DNA of 64,000 bases from an uncultured Actinomycetota bacterium. Lineage in GTDB: Bacteria; Actinomycetota; Actinomycetes; JACCUZ01. This document shows, piece by piece, positions 1-9,966 of the stretch; within the stretch, counting starts at the first letter, position 1; each line of letters starts with the position of its first letter. The stretch is from NCBI GenBank assembly GCA_963789855.1, contig CAWBMM010000007.1, positions 70,842 to 134,841 on the forward strand, read 5' to 3'. The notes beneath the pieces are model-generated. The model made no database searches, was not told where the DNA came from, and worked only from the letters and a program-made list of their open reading frames with translations. Position numbers and translations under genes: made by a program.

Positions 1-158
1 GCCGGCGCCGACGTTGGTGCCTGGTCGACGTAGGGGTCGACGTGGTCCGGGAGCGGCGGCTCGTGCAGCTGACGATCGCGGGAACGCGCCTGTCGCACGG
101 CGATGATGTCGAGCCGACGGCGGGCCTCATCCCGTCGTAGCCGGTGCATAGTGGCCAT
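1..158 (-). CDS. hypothetical protein, 5' part only (runs off left edge)
   Basis: ATG at 158-156 opens the minus-strand frame MATMHRLRRDEARRRLDIIAVRQARSRDRQLHEPPLPDHVDPYVDQ..., which is still open at position 1. Too short for the ORF track. No family recognised. Confidence 0.25.
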   Translation of the reverse strand, partial: MATMHRLRRDEARRRLDIIAVRQARSRDRQLHEPPLPDHVDPYVDQAPTSAP

Positions 159-448
159 GCCATTCCCTGCGCTCGATGGTGTCGCGCCCGACGTCCCGCC
201 CGGAAGGTCGAGACCCCGCCCGCGGGGGAGCATCTGTCCCTTCGGTCAGCCTGCGCCGGTCGGCCTTCCTCGAGTTAGGGCCGAACGTCCCGGACGGCAG
301 CTGCCTTCGTCGCGGCGGTATCACCGCATATCGGCAGTACCGGACTCGCGGTCGGCATTGCGACACGTCTCTGTGCATGGCATGTCGCAGCGGCCGGGCA
401 GCATCGAGCTCCCGCATCCAGACCGTGGATGGCGTTGGATAGCCTGCG

Positions 449-1555
449 ATGATGTCACTGAGCTGGTCACAGGGACTCGCGTGGCGGATGCGCCAGCAGC
501 TCCTCGACCCGGTCGGCACCGAGTCGGTCGCAGGCGTGGTGAGCCGGCTGGGGGCCGTCCCGAGCCAGTTCGACGCCGCGGCCGAGCTCGCCGTCCGCAC
601 CAGGCGGCAGCGGTCCCGGTCCGGCGAGGTCGCTCGCGCCCTGGCCGATGGCCGGATCATCAAGACGTTCGCGTTTCGCGGTGCCACCCATCTGATGTCG
701 GCTGAGGACGGCGGTGCGTACCTGGCCCTGCGGGCCGCGAGTCGGATGTGGGAGCTGCCCAGCTGGCAGAGCTACTACGGCCTGACGCCATCGGACTGGC
801 CGGCACTTCGCGAGGCCGTCCGGGACGCGCTCTCCGACGGACCGCTGACCCAGGACGAGCTCGGCGCGGCGGTCACCGCCGGGCCCAGGTTCCGGCATCT
901 GGGCCCCGCGTTCGCGAACCGCTCCGCCACCCTGCTGAAGCCGCTTGCCTGGCAGGGCGACATGAGCTTCGGCCCGTCACGAGACGGACGCGCCACTTTC
1001 CAGCGGCTGGATGGCAACCCGCGCTGGGCCGGCGTGCCTGACCTCGACACGGCTGGGATGCATGCGGTGCAGGCCTACTTCCGAGGGTACGGGCCGGCCA
1101 CGGCTGACCACGCTTACTACTGGCTCGGCAACGGGCTGGGCGCCGGCCGGAAACGGATCACGTCCTGGATCGCGGCCTCTGGTGACCACCTTGCCGCGGT
1201 CGACATCGACGGCGGGTCCGCCTACGTCCTGCGTGAGCACCTGGCCGAACTCGCCGCGACGCCTGCGGCAACCACCGTGCGACTCCTTCCGGGGCACGAC
1301 CAGTGGGTCCTCGGTCCGGGCACCGCCGACTCCCACGTCGTGCCGCCTGTCCACCGACCGGTGGTCACCCGTGGAGCGAACATCGTGATCGTCGGTGGAG
1401 TCGTGACCGGCACGTGGACCGTGACGGACGACCAGGTGCACGTGTCGTGGTTCGCCGACGCCGGGCCGCCCGAGAGGGAAGGGCTGGCTGCGGAGGTCGA
1501 GCGGCTCGCGACGATCCTCGACCGGCCCCTTCGGTCGACCGTCCACGTCGGGTAG
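449..1555 (+). CDS. winged-helix DNA-binding protein, YcaQ/DUF1006 (AlkZ-like) family
   Basis: 368-aa ORF with balanced composition, unlike the Arg/Pro-rich overlapping frames. The N-terminus 'LSWSQGLAWRMRQQLLDP', the size and the layout match my memory of actinobacterial YcaQ-type proteins. Confidence 0.7.
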   Translation: MMSLSWSQGLAWRMRQQLLDPVGTESVAGVVSRLGAVPSQFDAAAELAVRTRRQRSRSGEVARALADGRIIKTFAFRGATHLMSAEDGGAYLALRAASRMWELPSWQSYYGLTPSDWPALREAVRDALSDGPLTQDELGAAVTAGPRFRHLGPAFANRSATLLKPLAWQGDMSFGPSRDGRATFQRLDGNPRWAGVPDLDTAGMHAVQAYFRGYGPATADHAYYWLGNGLGAGRKRITSWIAASGDHLAAVDIDGGSAYVLREHLAELAATPAATTVRLLPGHDQWVLGPGTADSHVVPPVHRPVVTRGANIVIVGGVVTGTWTVTDDQVHVSWFADAGPPEREGLAAEVERLATILDRPLRSTVHVG

Positions 1556-1602
1556 CGGCCGAGGTCGGAGTGGCGAGCGCCTCGGCGGCGACCCGCTCGC
1601 GG

Positions 1603-2529
1603 TCAGTACCCGAGGGTGTCCCAGACGCGCTCTGCCAGCGCCGCCTGCCCGGCGAGGTTCGGGTGCCAGTAGTCGTGGGTGGAGAACTCCGCCCTGACGA
1701 TCGGTGCTCGGAACGCCGCGCCGCCGTCCGTGGTGCAGCCCGGGTGGCTCGCGCACACCTCCGCCAGCACCGCGTTGTAGGCCCTGACGCGGGCCCGGAC
1801 CGCGGCCCGCCGCTCGATGTCGGCAGGTGCTTTCGAGGTGGGACGGGTGAACATGGTCGGGCAGAACGGCAGAGCCTGCCAGGCGTTCATGGCGCTGGGG
1901 ACGGTGTGGAAGGTCTGCCACCGCCGGTAGAGGTCTGGGACGGAGACGACGTGGACCCGCGCGTCGGGCAGCCCCTTGGTCAGGGTGTCCATCGCGCGGG
2001 TGAATGCGTCCCGGAACACCGAGACCTCGGTCATCACGCCGGTGCGGCCGCCGCAGGCGTCGTTGGTGCCCATCGCGATCGTCACCAGCTCGGCGCCGCG
2101 CTGGACGGCGCTGTCGGCCTGTCCGTCGAGAGCCACCATCGTGGTGCCGCTCTCCGCGTCGTTGAAGTTGTGTCCCTCCAGCTGCGGGTTGAGTGCCACC
2201 AGCCGCTGGTAGACCGACGCCACCGCGGGGTTGGCTCCGGTGGCCCACGAGTTGTCCGGGCAGTCCGTCCACCCCTCGGGGCAGTCGGTGTTGAACCCGC
2301 GCGTCACCGAACCACCGAGGGCATCCACCGAGGACGGGTACGCCGTGGCCCGGCCGGCAGCAGACGCAGCGACCCGGTCCGCTCGATGGTCGGGACGGGT
2401 GTCCCCTCCGTCAGTGCAGCCGGCAAGTCCGGCCACCAGCACGAAGCCGGCTACCAGCACGAGGCCGGCGTTGGCGCCCGCCGCGGTGGTGCTGAACCTT
2501 CCCGTCGGCACCTTCCGCATCTGTCTCAC
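1603..2529 (-). CDS. secreted/lipoprotein SGNH (GDSL-type) hydrolase
   Basis: 308 aa. Signal peptide with lipobox-like 'LAGCTDGG'. 'AMGTNDACG' block and C-terminal 'HDYWHPN' (SGNH Asp/His block). Confidence 0.8.
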   Translation of the reverse strand: MRQMRKVPTGRFSTTAAGANAGLVLVAGFVLVAGLAGCTDGGDTRPDHRADRVAASAAGRATAYPSSVDALGGSVTRGFNTDCPEGWTDCPDNSWATGANPAVASVYQRLVALNPQLEGHNFNDAESGTTMVALDGQADSAVQRGAELVTIAMGTNDACGGRTGVMTEVSVFRDAFTRAMDTLTKGLPDARVHVVSVPDLYRRWQTFHTVPSAMNAWQALPFCPTMFTRPTSKAPADIERRAAVRARVRAYNAVLAEVCASHPGCTTDGGAAFRAPIVRAEFSTHDYWHPNLAGQAALAERVWDTLGY

Positions 2530-3100
2530 CCCGCTGTCGAGAACGGATCGAGAGCCGCCCGTGCGGCGTTGCTGGCCGCCACCAGCTCAGCGGGGGACGT
2601 CGCGTAGTACAGCGGCCCGGCTCCGTCCGTGACGAGTAGCTGCACCATGGCCATTCCGCGCGCGGACACCGGGCCCCGCGACCGCACCCGCTCTGCCAGC
2701 GCCTGGAGCTCACCACCCGCCAGCCGCACGTGGGGCCAGCGTGCGGCCAGGGCGACCCTGGGGGGTGTCTCCCACCCGAGCGGCGTGCACGGTCTCGACG
2801 ATCGACTGGGCCAGCGCGATGCGTCGGCGCGGCTGCAGCAGGGCCTGGGCACACAGCGCGTGCAGCCTGCTGGAGTCGGGGGAGTCGGCCGCCGGCAAGA
2901 TCGCGCGTCAGCCGATCTGCGAGCAGCCGGGCGAGCAGCCGGTGCGTCGGTCGCACGTCGGCCGGACGGACGCAGCCGTCGGGCTTCTGCAGCAGGACGA
3001 TCACTGGCCGACCATCTCCTCCGACGAGACGAACGGCGCCGAGCGGAGCAGCGAAGGGCGTGCTCCCCGCGTCGCCGGTCTGCTGGCAGAGTCTTCCCAT
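2526..3100 (-). pseudogene. hypothetical protein, reading frame apparently broken twice
   Basis: Three consecutive minus-strand pieces read as one protein: MGRLCQQTGD...LLARLLADRLTRDL / PAADSPDSSRLHALCAQALLQPRRRIALAQSIVETVHAARVGDTPQ / VALAARWPHVRLAGGELQALAERVRSRGPVSARGMAMVQLLVTDGAGPLYY.... Each switch equals one surplus base (about 2895, and in the 6-nt G/C run 2760-2765). The stop TGA overlaps the GTG start of the SGNH gene. Start codon uncertain. The minimal intact ORF is 2526-2852. Confidence 0.4.
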
Positions 3101-3152
3101 CGGGGAGGGCGGGCTATCCCAGAAACCTGGGATCGGGCGTAGCGTCGGGAAG

Positions 3153-4220
3153 GTGGCGACCCAGCTGGCCCGGGACCGCTGCCGGGACCGGATCCAGCGG
3201 CTCAGCCGCTCCAGCCTGGACGGCGAGTCGGTGCAACGAGAGGCGGTTGCCGACCTGCAGCGGGTCATCGGCTTCGACCGGTGGTGCGTGCCGCAGGCCG
3301 ACCCGGACACCTTGTTGCCCGGGGTCGGCATCGCCGATCATGACTACGGCCCTGGCCTGCCGCGGGCGCTCGAGCTCGAGTACTCCGGCACCGACTTCGC
3401 CGCCAAGCACGACGTGGCACGACGAGCCCGGCTGGCGAGCAGCCTGGTCGCTGAGACCGGTGGCGACCTGGCGCGCTCGCCGCGGTGGGACGAGGTCCTC
3501 CGCCCCGTGGGCATCGGCGACATCGCCGCGGTCGCATGCCGCGACGCGTCCGGCTGCTGGGGCTGGATCGAGGCTTATCGCGATGCGTCCGAGCGGGCCT
3601 TCTCAGACGACGACCTCGACCTGCTCGCCGCGGTGGGTGCCTCGATCGCGGTCACGCTGCGGCGGTCCATCGTCGGCGTACGCCGGGGAGACCCCGACGC
3701 GTCCGACCCGCCGGGTGTCCTGGTGCTGGACCGAGACCTGCGGCCGGTCAGCCGCACCGAGGCGGCCACCCGATGGATCGCGGCGCTGCCGCTGGCAGAG
3801 GTGTTCGCCAGGTGGGGCATGCTGCCGGCGGTGATCTATCCGGCGGCGACGCTGGCCCGCGGCGGTGACCTCGCGCACGCGCAGGCGACCCTGCCGCTGG
3901 ACGACGGCCGTTGGATCAGGATCGAGGCGGCACCGCTCGACGGTGACCGCGACGGGGACATCGCGGTGACGATCAGGGCGGCTGCGCCGGCCGAGACGTT
4001 CGACGTGGCGTGCCGGGCGCACGGGCTGACGCCGCGCGAGACGGCGGTCGTGGCGGCCCTCTACGAGGGCGTCGGCACCCGAGAGGTGGCGCATGCCCTG
4101 CACCTGTCCGACTGGACGGTGCAGGACCACCTGAAGTCGGTGTTCGCCAAGCTGGACGTGCACAGCCGGCGCGCAGCCCTGGCCCGGCTGGCCGGCGCAC
4201 CCCGCGGGTCGGGGGCCTGA
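3153..4220 (+). CDS. LuxR-family transcriptional regulator with GAF-like N-terminal sensor region
   Basis: GTG 3153 preceded by GGGAAGG. C-terminal HTH 'LTPRETAVVAALYEGVGTREVAHALHLSDWTVQDHLKSVFAKLDVHSRRAALARL'. The upstream part of ORF 2730-4220 is Arg/Ser-rich and discounted. Confidence 0.75.
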   Translation: MATQLARDRCRDRIQRLSRSSLDGESVQREAVADLQRVIGFDRWCVPQADPDTLLPGVGIADHDYGPGLPRALELEYSGTDFAAKHDVARRARLASSLVAETGGDLARSPRWDEVLRPVGIGDIAAVACRDASGCWGWIEAYRDASERAFSDDDLDLLAAVGASIAVTLRRSIVGVRRGDPDASDPPGVLVLDRDLRPVSRTEAATRWIAALPLAEVFARWGMLPAVIYPAATLARGGDLAHAQATLPLDDGRWIRIEAAPLDGDRDGDIAVTIRAAAPAETFDVACRAHGLTPRETAVVAALYEGVGTREVAHALHLSDWTVQDHLKSVFAKLDVHSRRAALARLAGAPRGSGA

Positions 4221-4260
4221 CCGCGGGCTGTCCGTCGCGACGCGACCGGCCGCCTCGACG

Positions 4261-5316
4261 TCAGGGGACGTCGGCCAGGGTGACCTCCGTGCTCCCCGGC
4301 TCCCCCTGCCGGGAGTAGTCGACCTGGACGGTGTCGCCCGCCTCCTTGCGCAGGGTGAGCAGGACCAGCTGGTCCACCCGTTTCGCCGGCTCCCCGTCGA
4401 CCTGGGTGATCACGTCCCCGGGCCGGATACCCGCCTGAGCCGCCGGGCCGCCCGGCTCGACGGTGGTCACCAGCAGGCCGGCGTTCCTCGCCGTCCCGGA
4501 GGCAGCCCCGGTGCCCAGGGCCAGAGCCTCCAGCCCGAACGTCGGATGGTTCGCGCGGCCGGTGTCGATGAGCTGGTCCGCCAGCGGCGCGGCGAGGTCT
4601 GCCGGGATGGCGAACCCCAGGCCGACGCTTCCTGCGTCGCCCTGCGTCGCGGTGGCCGTGTTGACACCGACCATCGCGCCCGAGCAGTCGACCAACGGTC
4701 CACCGCTGTTGCCCGGGTTGATGGCGGCGTCCGTCTGCAGGGCATCGAGGAGGTGAGCCGTCTGGTCGTCGCCGACCGGCACCTGCACGAATCGGTCCAG
4801 CGCGCTCACGATGCCGGTCGTGACGGTGGAGTGCAGTCCGAGCGGTGAGCCGAGCGCAACAACCGGCTGTCCCACCCGGAGCGCGGCCGACGAGCCGACC
4901 CGAATGAGCGGGAACCCCGTCGCGGCGTCGTCTGCCTTGACGACCGCGAGGTCGGTAGGAACGTCCCGGCCGACGATGCGTGCCTTCGCGGTGTGGCCGT
5001 CGACGTAGCGCACGGTGACGTCACCGCTCGCCGCCCCTGCGGCGATCACGTGATCGTTGGTGAGGATGAACCCGCCCCGGCGGATCAGCTCTCCCGAGCC
5101 GTTCCCGGTTCCGGTCTCGGTGCCGACGAGAATCGTCACCACCGACGGCAGCACCCGCTCCGCGACCGGCTCCGCCCGGCACATCGCGGCCGACGAGCCG
5201 GACCCCCGTGAGAGCAGCACCATCGCACCGAGCAGCAGGCCGCCCGCGAGGATGGCCGCGACAGCCACCAGGCCCCCTCTGCGCAGGGGGTCATTCATCC
5301 GCGGACGCCTGCCCAT
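4261..5316 (-). CDS. membrane-anchored trypsin-like serine protease (S1C/HtrA-like) with PDZ domain
   Basis: 351 aa with N-terminal TM anchor. Catalytic blocks 'ILTNDHV', 'DLAVVKAD', 'GNSGGPLVD'. C-terminal PDZ-like 'GIRPGDVITQVDGEP'. The start could instead be the internal MNDPL (5298). Confidence 0.85.
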   Translation of the reverse strand: MGRRPRMNDPLRRGGLVAVAAILAGGLLLGAMVLLSRGSGSSAAMCRAEPVAERVLPSVVTILVGTETGTGNGSGELIRRGGFILTNDHVIAAGAASGDVTVRYVDGHTAKARIVGRDVPTDLAVVKADDAATGFPLIRVGSSAALRVGQPVVALGSPLGLHSTVTTGIVSALDRFVQVPVGDDQTAHLLDALQTDAAINPGNSGGPLVDCSGAMVGVNTATATQGDAGSVGLGFAIPADLAAPLADQLIDTGRANHPTFGLEALALGTGAASGTARNAGLLVTTVEPGGPAAQAGIRPGDVITQVDGEPAKRVDQLVLLTLRKEAGDTVQVDYSRQGEPGSTEVTLADVP

Positions 5317-5331
5317 GCTCGGCGGTGGCTG

Positions 5332-6121
5332 TCATCCGCCCAGGGCGCGAAGGACAGCAAGGTTCGCCGTGGTGACCCCGTCGACCCCCACCCGCACCAG
5401 GTGCGCGAGGCGCCGGCCCCCGTCGACGGTCCACGCGATGACCTGCAAGCCCCGGGCATGTGCCCAGCGAATCAGACGGGCGTCGACCAGGCCATGGAAC
5501 GCCGAGATCGCGGCAACGTCGGCGGCGAGCGCCGGGTCGGACTCGAGACGCTCGACGGCGTCAGGGTTGCCGGCGCTGTAGGCCAGCGGCAGTGCCGGCA
5601 GCCGGTCGTGCAGCCGCAGCAGGGCCGCGCGGTCGGGGCTCGACACCAGCACCGCCCTCGAACCGGCTCGCGGTGCCAGGAAGGAGACCACCTGGTCGAG
5701 AAAGGCCCGATCGGACTGCTTGAGATCGAGCTTGAGCAGGTCCACTCCAGCCGCCGCGTCCCAGGCCTCCTCGAGGCTGGGGCCGCGGAAGACCTGCCGG
5801 GCGAGTGCCGGCCATGGCTGCCACTCGCGCCCCGCGACCAGCTGACCGCGGGCCGCGATCACGTCGATCTCGACGGCGTCCGCGTGGCTCCGGACGGCTT
5901 CCGCGAGCGTCCCGAGGTTGTTGCCGGCGTTGTGCGCGATCCCGAGCACTGCTGGGCCCTCGGGCAGGCTCACCTCGATCGGCTGGTCGATCTGCCGCGG
6001 TGGGGCCGCACCGACGTAGCGCTGCAGGTGCGGCCACCCGACGACGCCGGCGACGACGGCCACCACGACGGCGGACGGCCCCGATGACGATCCACGATCC
6101 GCGACCCGGCACAGGAGGCAT
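5332..6121 (-). pseudogene. membrane-anchored GDPD-like (PLC-like phosphodiesterase) protein, one frame break
   Basis: The last ~250 aa of ORF 5332-6870 read 'VLGIAHNAGNN...ADAVEIDV...LLKLDLK...VIAWTVDGG'. The best start is ATG 6121 (GGAGGAG upstream), in the frame of ORF 5561-6121. It joins as MPPVPGRGSWIVIG|PSAVVVAVVAGVVGW through one surplus base in the C4 run 6079-6082. Confidence 0.55.
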
Positions 6122-6487
6122 GCTCCTCCCACCCGCGACGTCGGCGATACGACTGGTTGCTCCGGATTTCCAAGATCAAGAACAGCCGTGGACGCCGGTG
6201 CGGACCCGTCCTTCGACCCGGGGGGCGCGCCGCAGATCGATCCGTCGTCAGCGCAGGGGTCGACGGGCCGGTAGTATCGGGGGCGAACCAACCCTGAGCA
6301 GTGCGCCGGTGGGGGGCAGTCGGGCCCTGACGCGTCGATCTCTCGTAGATCCGTGAGGGCCGAGTCGCTTCTCGGAGCAGCCAGCCTGGCTGCTCCGCTC
6401 GACGTCCGTCGCCGGACCGCCGCGCTGCGTAGGGGCCACCGCGTCCCGTCGCGACGAGCGTGCCGGGCAGTGGCGAAGGAGGAGTCT

Positions 6488-8639
6488 GTGGCTCGACGTG
6501 GCCAGCGCCAGTCAGGCGCTCGCCGTACGGCCCCTCGACAGCAGCGACGGGTCCGCGAGCGGGGCAACGACGGGATCATCCCGGTGCTCGCTCGCACCGT
6601 GCGCGAGGTCGAGGCGGCCGCCGAGCGCGGGCCGGTGCGGCCCTCCGGGCGCACCAAGTTCCAGGTCGTCGCGCTGCTGGTGCGCGAGGAGCGAGCTCGG
6701 GTACGGGCGGACGAGTCCACCAGCGACAGCCACCGGGACGAGCAGCTCAAACGCCTCGACGGCATCGCCATGATCCTGGCGAAGACCGCGGCCCGCGACA
6801 CCTCGCTGCTCGCGCTCCTGGCCGAGGGCGCCGTCGTGTCCGACGCCGCGAAGTCGCTTCGACGCGACATGCTCAGCCGATGCCGGCATCGAGACGGACG
6901 ACGACGAGCCCACGCCCAGCGAGCCAGCGGCCGCCTCCGCAGCCACCGAGCGTCGGGTCGTCCCGCAGTCGGTCGTGTCGCGCCAGCTCGCCAACCCCTT
7001 CCTCGCCCCCGACTTCGGGGCAGTCAGGCAGAGCGCGGCGCCTGCCCGGCGCCTCGCGACCTGGGAGCTGCTCGGTCCGCTCTTCAGCTCGTTCGAGCGG
7101 GCCGGCGGCGGAGCCTCGACGGGCATGACCCTGCCCGCGCCGACCTCCCTCGAGGCCCCCGGTGGCTTGAGGCTGATGCCCCACCAGGCGCAGGTGGTCG
7201 CCGCTGCCGCTGCCGGGCACCGGACCTTCCTGCTCGCCGACGAGCCGGGCCTGGGCAAGACGGCCCAGGCGCTGCTCGCCGCGCAGGCCGCGAACGCGTA
7301 CCCGCTGCTCGTGGTCGTGCCGAACGTCGTCAAGACCAACTGGGCACGCGAGGCCGGCCTCTGGACACCCAAGCGCGCAGCCACCGTGATCCACGGCAAC
7401 GGCGACACCATCGACGGTTTCGCGGACATCGTGATCGTCAACTACGAGGTGCTCGACCGGCACGTGGGCTGGCTCGGCGACCTGGGCTTCCGCGGCATGG
7501 TCGTCGACGAGGCGCACTTCATCAAGAACAAGGCCTCGCAACGCTCGCAGCACGTGCTGGAGCTCTCCGAGCGCATCCGGTTCCGGATGGGACGCCCGCT
7601 GCTGATGGCCCTGACCGGCACCCCGCTGATCAACGACATCGAGGACTTCCGGGCCATCTGGCAGTTCCTCGGGTGGATCGACGACGAGAAGCCGCTCGGC
7701 GAGCTGATGAACTCGCTCGAGGAGACCGGCCTGACGCCGGCCGACCCCGGCTTCTACCCCGCTGCTCGCAGGTGCGTCGTCGACCTGGGCATCGTGCGGC
7801 GCCGCAAGGTCGACGTCGCCGCCGACATCCCGGCTCGTCGCATCGCCGACCTTCCGGTCGAGCTCGACGACCAGGTCGGCCGCTCGATCCGGGAGGCGGA
7901 GCGCGACCTCGCCCGCCGCCTGGTGGCGCGGTACGAGACCGCGCTCGCACGGCGCAAGTCCGCCCCCGTCGACGGCGGCATCGACCACGAGCTCGTGCGC
8001 AGGATCGCCACGGCAGAGCGGAAGGCCACGGCGACCAAGAAGGCGGACGAGAACGTCTTTTCCATGATGCGGCGCATCGGGCAGGCGAAGGCCGGCCTTG
8101 CCGCCGACTACGCCGCTCAGCTCGCGCGCAGCGCCGGAAAGGTCGTCTTCTTCGCCAAGCACATCGACGTGATGGACGTCGCCGAGGAGACCTTCGCCAA
8201 GCGCGGGATCCGCTTCTCCTCCATCCGCGGCGACCAGACGCGCTCGGTGCGACAGAGGAACATCGATGCCTTCACGAACGACCCCGACGTCGCCATCGCG
8301 GTCTGCTCGCTGACCACGGCCGGGGTGGGGATCAACCTGCAGGTCGCCTCCAACATCGTGCTTGCCGAGCTGTCGTGGACCGACGCGGAGCAGACCCAGG
8401 CCATCGACCGCAGCCACCGCATCGGGCAGAGCGAACCCGTCACCGCGTGGCGCATCATCGCCGCGCAGACCATCGACAGCAGGATCGCCGAGCTGATCGA
8501 CAGCAAGGCGGGTCTCGCCGCCAGGGCACTCGACGGTTCGGAGGACGAGGTGCAGTCCTCGGCCGACGTACAGCTCGAGGCCTTGGTGGGGCTGTTGACG
8601 GACGCGTTGTCCGAGCGGCCTGGCTCCGGGCCGGCTTGA
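6488..8639 (+). pseudogene. SNF2-family DEAD/DEAH helicase, one frame break near 6877
   Basis: GTG 6488 after GGAGGAG. The first ~130 aa (VARRGQRQSG...KSLRRDMLS) lie in the frame of ORF 6353-8734, and the rest (DAGIETDDDEPTPSE...) in the frame of ORF 6975-8639. Helicase motifs 'LLADEPGLGKT', 'VVDEAHFIKN', 'ALTGTPLIN', 'LTTAGVGINLQ', 'QAIDRSHRIGQ'. Confidence 0.85.
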
Positions 8640-8712
8640 TCCGCTGCGGCTCAGGCAAGTCGGTGTTGCGCGGCGGATGGCCGTCTGATGATCTTCCGCG
8701 TCGTCGGCGCGT

Positions 8713-9795
8713 TCAGCCCACGGGGACGCGATAGAGGCGGGCCACGTCGTGCGCAGAGATCCAAAGCTGGCCGGACCCGGCCGCCGCGGAACCCTCTCCC
8801 ACTCCTCCCAGTCCGATCCGGCGCACGACCTTCCCGCTGCGCTGGTCGACCTGGGTCACCAGCGCGTCGGCTCCGCGCCACCAGACGAAACCGTCCGCGA
8901 CGGTGAGGTCCCCGTAACCACCGCCCGGGTCGAGCACGGTGCGAGACCGGACCCGGTTGCTCCGCGGATCGATCCGGCACAGGGCTCCGTCGGTCGAGAC
9001 CATGACCCACACCGAGCCACCGCCGATGTCGAGGAAGGCGGGCCTGGCGCCGACGGGGATCACGGCCTCGATCGCGCCATTGTTCGGGTTCACCCGCAGG
9101 ACCTGCGCGTCGTCGAAGTAGCTGATCCAGACGCCGCCGAGACCAGCGCGGACCGCGAACGCTCCGGGCGGCACCGGGAACCGGTCGGTGATCGTCACCG
9201 CGTCGGGGTCTATTCGCGTCAGGACGCAGTTCGAGCAGTTGGTCCCGTTGGCGATGGCCCACACCGCGCCCTCCCCGGCGCCGAGGCTGGACTCGGGCTG
9301 CGCGATGTCGAGCTCCACCCTGCCGGTCACCCGGGCCCGGTGCGGGTCGATGCGGACGACCCCGCCGGCGTCGCCGCAGGTCGCCGACCAGATCGCCCCG
9401 AATCCGACCGCCGCCGCAGCGCAGGGTTCGTGCGGCACCGAGACCGAACCTTCTCTGCGACCCGTGCGCGCGTCGAAGACCCCGATTCCCTGGCCGAGAC
9501 CGGTGACCCAGGCGCGCCCGAAGGCCACGATGATCCAGTCGGCCGTGTGGGTAGCCTTCAGCGTGACGCCACCGAGCGCCCGGATCGACCGGATCTCCGG
9601 CAACGCCGGCCCCGACAGCGGGATCGGCGAGGCGGAGGGGCTTCCCGGCGAGGCCGCCTCCGTGGCGGTCGAGGCGGCGCGGGGCGAGCTGACGGGCCGC
9701 TGTCCGTCGTCGCGGTCACCGCCCGAGCACGCTGCGACCGCTGCTGCGACGAGGACCAGCCCGACGGCACGCGTCGCCGCTTCAGTGATTTCCAT
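8713..9795 (-). CDS. beta-propeller-like lipoprotein
   Basis: ATG 9795. Signal peptide/lipobox 'LVAAAVAACSGG'. Six repeated strand units ending G..W (GAIWSATC, GAVWAIANG, GGVWISYF, GSVWVMVS, GFVWWRGA, GQLWISAH). Confidence 0.7.
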   Translation of the reverse strand: MEITEAATRAVGLVLVAAAVAACSGGDRDDGQRPVSSPRAASTATEAASPGSPSASPIPLSGPALPEIRSIRALGGVTLKATHTADWIIVAFGRAWVTGLGQGIGVFDARTGRREGSVSVPHEPCAAAAVGFGAIWSATCGDAGGVVRIDPHRARVTGRVELDIAQPESSLGAGEGAVWAIANGTNCSNCVLTRIDPDAVTITDRFPVPPGAFAVRAGLGGVWISYFDDAQVLRVNPNNGAIEAVIPVGARPAFLDIGGGSVWVMVSTDGALCRIDPRSNRVRSRTVLDPGGGYGDLTVADGFVWWRGADALVTQVDQRSGKVVRRIGLGGVGEGSAAAGSGQLWISAHDVARLYRVPVG

Positions 9796-9966
9796 GCCGG
9801 CGGCCTTCCAGGCAGGCGGCTGACCGAGCGACTGACGTCGCGACTCGCCGACGTTCGCTTCGAAAGGCTGCTTCCGCAAGATCTGCACGATCCGCAAGAT
9901 CTGCTCGGCGGAGGTGGCCGGCTCGGTTCACGGGATGGCCCTGACCCGACCTGGACATGCGCCGGG

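Noticed and set aside
1558-1600. Two alternative 7-bp hairpins between the convergent YcaQ-like and SGNH genes, as a possible bidirectional terminator.
   Set aside because: The stems are short with 14-15 nt loops, which is too weak to call.
6488-8639. SNF2 helicase as part of a phage-defence island (DISARM/BREX/Zorya-like).
   Set aside because: No methyltransferase, nuclease, phospholipase-D, ATPase or other defence-type partner genes flank it. The neighbours are housekeeping-type.
6353-8734. Very long alternative-frame and antisense ORFs in the track: 6353-8734, 6873-8417, 12514-14655, 28768-30948, 33070-34368, 37864-39201, 41098-42735, 46901-49111, 47341-49221, 52287-53978, 54646-56349, 977-2272, 1303-2607.
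   Set aside because: Their translations are Arg/Pro/Gly/Ala-rich low-complexity strings, typical of off-frame reading of GC-rich DNA. Each is overlapped by a frame with clear domain motifs. Only the first ~130 codons of 6353-8734 (from GTG 6488) are used, as the SNF2 N-terminus.
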